DNA of 63,939 nucleotides, filler included, from an uncultured Acidimicrobiia bacterium (GTDB lineage: Bacteria; Actinomycetota; Acidimicrobiia; Spongiisociales; JAOTWH01), in assembly GCA_964347285.1 (NCBI GenBank). It is 14 parts of 14 records of this genome, joined end to end, with 100 filler letters (N's around TTAATTAATTAA, not from the genome) between each part and the next. Parts side by side here need not be neighbours in the genome. Positions count along the whole stretch, not along the records: positions 58,413 to 62,236 come from CAYFYE010000151.1; positions 62,337 to 63,939 come from CAYFYE010000185.1; 12 more parts are not named here. One strand, 5' to 3'. The position numbers and the translations under genes were made by a program. The notes beneath the pieces were generated by a model. It did not search any database. It had not been told where the DNA came from and was given only the letters and a program-made list of their open reading frames with translations. Within the stretch, counting starts at the first letter, position 1. Each line of letters opens with the position of its first letter. This document shows positions 60,858 through 63,939 of this stretch, one piece after another.

Positions 60858-61538
60858 CTATGTCCCGGGCGCCGAGAAGTGCTGGTAGTCGGGAACGGCC
60901 CACTCGCCTCCCCACGTCCAGCCCACGGCACCAAAGGCCTCCACGACCTCGTCCCCGGCCACGATCAGCCCGGGAACGTCGGGATCTCGCTCCAGGTAGT
61001 TCTTCCCCTCTTCGGGCAGAACGCGGCCGTCGGCCAGCACGAAGGGGTTCTGCACCGGATTGATGTCGATGGCGCGCCCGAAGGCGTGTTGAGACCAGGC
61101 CTCCGGTCGATCGGCGATGGTCCGGCAGTTGAAGGCCGAGGTGTTGTTGGCCGCCATCGAGCGACGGTCGTCACCTCCGTAGGCGTCGACGAGCTCCATC
61201 CGCTCGATGGGAAACCGGGCCTCGAAGAGACGTCGTAGTACGGTCACGAGGTCGTCGGCGTGATCTCGATGCACTACGAGTTCGCCGGCGTGCACTCTCC
61301 CGTCGAACCCCCAGTGCGAGGCACGGATGTGGGCCAGGTCCTTCAACGGGACCGGGCAGCCGGAATGCCACGAACGGGTCATCCGCTTTGCCAGGTCGAT
61401 GTCCATCTCCGTAGTGGAGGCCTCAAACGGCGGCACGGTGCCCGTTCCCGGCGCGGCCACCCATGGGAGGGGCCTCGCCATCATCGTGCACCCGCCGAGC
61501 ACCAGGGCCAGGGCGACGGCGACGACGGGTCGAAGCAT
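60858..61538 (-). CDS. M15-family (D-Ala-D-Ala carboxypeptidase-like) lipoprotein
   Basis: LGGC lipobox, NNTSAFNCR, SQHAFGRAID, WGG.W...DYQHF. Confidence 0.9.
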   Translation of the reverse strand: MLRPVVAVALALVLGGCTMMARPLPWVAAPGTGTVPPFEASTTEMDIDLAKRMTRSWHSGCPVPLKDLAHIRASHWGFDGRVHAGELVVHRDHADDLVTVLRRLFEARFPIERMELVDAYGGDDRRSMAANNTSAFNCRTIADRPEAWSQHAFGRAIDINPVQNPFVLADGRVLPEEGKNYLERDPDVPGLIVAGDEVVEAFGAVGWTWGGEWAVPDYQHFSAPGT

Positions 61539-61568
61539 CTCCGTCCATTGTGCCCGACCGATCCGGGC

Positions 61569-61748
61569 TCAGACCTTTTCGGTCTCCTCTTCCCTGATCC
61601 GCTTGATCCGTTCGGCCACATCGGCGAGCTCCTGTTCGAGATCCCGCTGGTATTCCTCCAGGATCTCCAGCAGCTCGTCCTTCGACAGCCACTGTCGGTG
61701 CCAACCCCGGAATCCGCTCCAGGGACCACACATGCCGCGATGTCTCAT
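61569..61748 (-). CDS. Small coiled-coil protein coupled to PadR
   Basis: ATGA overlap, AAGGAAGG RBS, LEEYQRDLEQELADVAERI. Confidence 0.7.
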   Translation of the reverse strand: MRHRGMCGPWSGFRGWHRQWLSKDELLEILEEYQRDLEQELADVAERIKRIREEETEKV

Positions 61749-62164
61749 CGTGCCTTCCTTTCTCCGTACCGCCGCAGAAACGTGGCGATCGACTCCTCCA
61801 TCGTTCCCAGAGCTTCCGCCCAACCATCGAGGAGGCTTCGGCCTTCCTCCGTCAACTCATAGGTGCGCTTGGACGGGCCCGGCAGGTCTTCCTGCCACTC
61901 AGAAGTGACGATGCCCTCGGCCTCGAGATAGCGCAACAGGCGGTAGAGGTTGCCGAAGTCGACGCGCTCGGCGGCCACCAGTCCCCCGAGGGCATCGGCC
62001 AGCTCGTAACCGTGAGTGGAACCTTCCCGGAGGATCAACAACACCGCCGGCTCGACGAAGCGCTCCACCCGGGCACTGACCTGCCACACCCCGGGTGCCA
62101 CTCGGCGTCGGTTGCGGGGCGGACGACGAGGGCGACGTGGTTGGGAACGGCCTTGGGCCCGCAT
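61745..62164 (-). CDS. PadR-family transcriptional regulator
   Basis: HGYEL, LYRLL..LE.EG.V.S.W, KR.YELT.EG. Confidence 0.9.
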   Translation of the reverse strand: MRAQGRSQPRRPRRPPRNRRRVAPGVWQVSARVERFVEPAVLLILREGSTHGYELADALGGLVAAERVDFGNLYRLLRYLEAEGIVTSEWQEDLPGPSKRTYELTEEGRSLLDGWAEALGTMEESIATFLRRYGERKAR

Positions 62165-62171
62165 GACCTCG

Positions 62172-62209
62172 AATATATGTGTGTTATACATATATGTCAA
62201 CTACACATA
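62172..62209 (-). promoter_or_regulatory. padR promoter with tandem operators
   Basis: Minus strand TTGACA-N17-TATATT-N7-ATG; two adjacent TATGT-N7-ACATA dyads. Confidence 0.75.
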
Positions 62210-62439
62210 TGCAACACCCATGCTCTGCTCCGAAAANNNNNNNNNNNNNNNNNNNNNNNNNNNNNNNNNNNNNNNNNNNNTTAATTAATTAANNNNNNNN
62301 NNNNNNNNNNNNNNNNNNNNNNNNNNNNNNNNNNNNTGTCGCAAAGTAGTAGCACGCCCACGGCGGGTTGTCTAGAGGGAAATCCGGATTTCTTCGCCGG
62401 GCCCGCACCGAGAATCCGGCGGGAAGGGGAGGACGGGCC

Positions 62440-62673
62440 CTAGGGAAGAACCGTCCCCTGCCGGTCGAGGGCGGCGTTGCGCTCCTCCAGGTCGGCGGTG
62501 ACGTCGTTGGTGTAGGGAACGAGCCCGGTCGGCCCGCGTGCGGTGCTCTGCATGAGGTCGGCGACCGGATCGCCGCTGGTCGTGGTCGGGACGTCGTCGC
62601 CGCCCCGGCCGCCACAGGCACCGAGTGCCAGCATCCCGGCCAGCGCCACGGCCACCAGGCGTTTCTTGGTCAT
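62440..62673 (-). CDS. Small lipoprotein
   Basis: MTKKR, hydrophobic core, LGAC; GGGAGGG RBS. Confidence 0.7.
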   Translation of the reverse strand: MTKKRLVAVALAGMLALGACGGRGGDDVPTTTSGDPVADLMQSTARGPTGLVPYTNDVTADLEERNAALDRQGTVLP

Positions 62674-62816
62674 CGAGCCCTCCCGGTCGATCCAGTCGTC
62701 TATCGGCACGGAGGGCGCCGAGATGAAGAGGACCGGCTGTGCCGTACGCCCAGCCGGCCGATGAACCGGGGGCTTCTGCGTCGACGGCGCGGCGCCCAAG
62801 AGGGCCCAGCGCCCGC

Positions 62817-63152
62817 CTACACAGGCACCGGGGCATCGATGGCCTCGGCCAGCTCCCGCAACCGGCTCGCCACGACCCGGTAGAACGCCCAGCGGCCCCG
62901 TTGTTCCCGTTGTAGGAGGCCGGCTTCTGTCAGCAGCTTGAGGTGGTGGCTCACCGTCGGCTGACTGAGTCCGAGGGGCTCGGTGAGGTCGCACGTGCAG
63001 GCTTCGCCCGTTGCCGCAATGATGTTGAGCAGGCGGAGTCGGGCCGGATCGGCGATGACTTTCAGGATGGCGGCCAGCTCGGCGGCCGCGGCCGGCTCGA
63101 GGCTCGGTCCCAAGACGGGTGGACAGCAGGCATCGGTGGGGGCGGTGGTCAT
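62817..63152 (-). CDS. ArsR/SmtB-family regulator
   Basis: CC pair near N-terminus, ADPARL, CTCDL, SQPTVSHHL. Confidence 0.92.
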   Translation of the reverse strand: MTTAPTDACCPPVLGPSLEPAAAAELAAILKVIADPARLRLLNIIAATGEACTCDLTEPLGLSQPTVSHHLKLLTEAGLLQREQRGRWAFYRVVASRLRELAEAIDAPVPV

Positions 63153-63160
63153 GTCCTCAT

Positions 63161-63176
63161 ATTGACATATATCGAT
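63161..63176. promoter_or_regulatory. Putative ArsR operator
   Basis: Imperfect dyad ATTGAC-ATAT-ATCGAT, AT-rich, 8 nt before the arsR start. Confidence 0.6.
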
Positions 63177-63207
63177 GAGCAGTGCACGTCTTCGGCGGCC
63201 GGCCCGC

Positions 63208-63906
63208 TCACACCCCGATGTCGGGAGACCAGTCCTCCGGGCCGGCGGCCCGGGGAACGGCGGCGCTGATGGCGACGGCGCCCTCGGGGACCTCGACGAA
63301 GCCCCCATCGGGCCAGGTGCCCGCAGCGACGGCGACGCCGGCCCGTCCGTGGCCGGGCTCGCCCCACTCCACGTAGTGCACGATGGCATCGGAGTTGCCG
63401 AAGTCGCCGGTGCGATAGAGACCGATCTCTCCGGTGTCCTGCCTGAAGGTGCCCAGCGTGCCGGAGGCCGATACCACTGCAGTGACCGATGGCCCCACGG
63501 ACCCCTCCAGGTCGGCGCCGTCGCCGGCGGCCACCCATACGGTCTCGCCCGGCTCGAGCGGGGTGGACGGGATCTCGAAATAGAGGGGCCGCTGACACAG
63601 CCAGTGGCCTCCCGGGTCGCCGGGGCCGTCGCCGACGTTGGTCACGGCGACATAGCCATTGTCACCGAACACGACTTGGGTGAGGGCAAAGGCGGGGGCG
63701 GCGGCCGGGGGCGGGACCGTCGTGGGCGGTGTGGTCTGGGCCGGGGCAGTCGAGGTCGTGGTGGCGGCCGCGGTCTCGGACGGGGGGGTGGTGGTTTCCG
63801 GGGCCGCAGTGGCCGGCGGAGCAGCTGCAATGGTGGTGGTGGTTGCACCGTCGCCGCAGGCCGCGACCAGGAGCACCAGGGCCATCGGTGCCAGCAGGCT
63901 CTTCAT
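63208..63906 (-). CDS. Lipoprotein with Thr/Pro linker and lamin-tail-like domain
   Basis: VAAC lipobox, V.VTN.G, WLCQRP.Y, YVEWG. Confidence 0.72.
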   Translation of the reverse strand: MKSLLAPMALVLLVAACGDGATTTTIAAAPPATAAPETTTPPSETAAATTTSTAPAQTTPPTTVPPPAAAPAFALTQVVFGDNGYVAVTNVGDGPGDPGGHWLCQRPLYFEIPSTPLEPGETVWVAAGDGADLEGSVGPSVTAVVSASGTLGTFRQDTGEIGLYRTGDFGNSDAIVHYVEWGEPGHGRAGVAVAAGTWPDGGFVEVPEGAVAISAAVPRAAGPEDWSPDIGV

Positions 63907-63939
63907 GATCCCCGGACATTAACTCGGAGTCCTTATCGC

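Noticed and set aside
5537..62336. Recurrent TTAATTAATTAA motif and apparent gene neighbourhoods across it
   Set aside because: Artificial six-frame-stop linker; contigs are length-sorted, so cross-linker synteny (for example a DNA-repair island of dnaE2, ligB, SRAP, NurA) is meaningless
62337..62380. Promoter-like TAGACA-N17-TACTAC pointing into the gap
   Set aside because: -10 lacks the conserved final T and the downstream gene is not visible

Overview
This window is not one locus. It is 14 short contigs (the 12 complete ones about 3.8-5.5 kb, in descending length order) joined by 100-nt N44-TTAATTAATTAA-N44 linkers, so genes on opposite sides of a linker are not neighbours. High GC, a Gram-positive-type LexA box, DnaE2, DivIVA, many leaderless TANNNT-N6/7-ATG starts and GDWD/NSNSQG repeat proteins suggest an actinobacterial MAG, probably Acidimicrobiia (inference). 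Mobile DNA: a complete IS21 element beside a decayed tyrosine integrase, a probable IS481 end and a REP-like repeat array. Gene clusters: slipin/NfeD, a Tad/Flp pilus cluster with a LysM protein, a sugar-type ABC/M24/amidohydrolase cluster, a split transketolase cluster, a copA-cupredoxin operon under a MerR-type promoter, two-component genes and tandem PQQ sugar dehydrogenases. Single genes include fabH, LexA-boxed dnaE2, ligB, ald, SRAP, sppA and cell-wall enzymes. The best candidate for an undescribed system is a two-gene unit at 24581-25850. It pairs a membrane-anchored Cys/His-rich protein with an ADP-ribosyltransferase-like motif order and a 54-aa Pro/Glu-rich partner missed by the ORF track, behind a PafBC-type DNA-damage promoter motif. 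No rRNA, tRNA or CRISPR array was seen. All family names come from motif recognition, not database searches.
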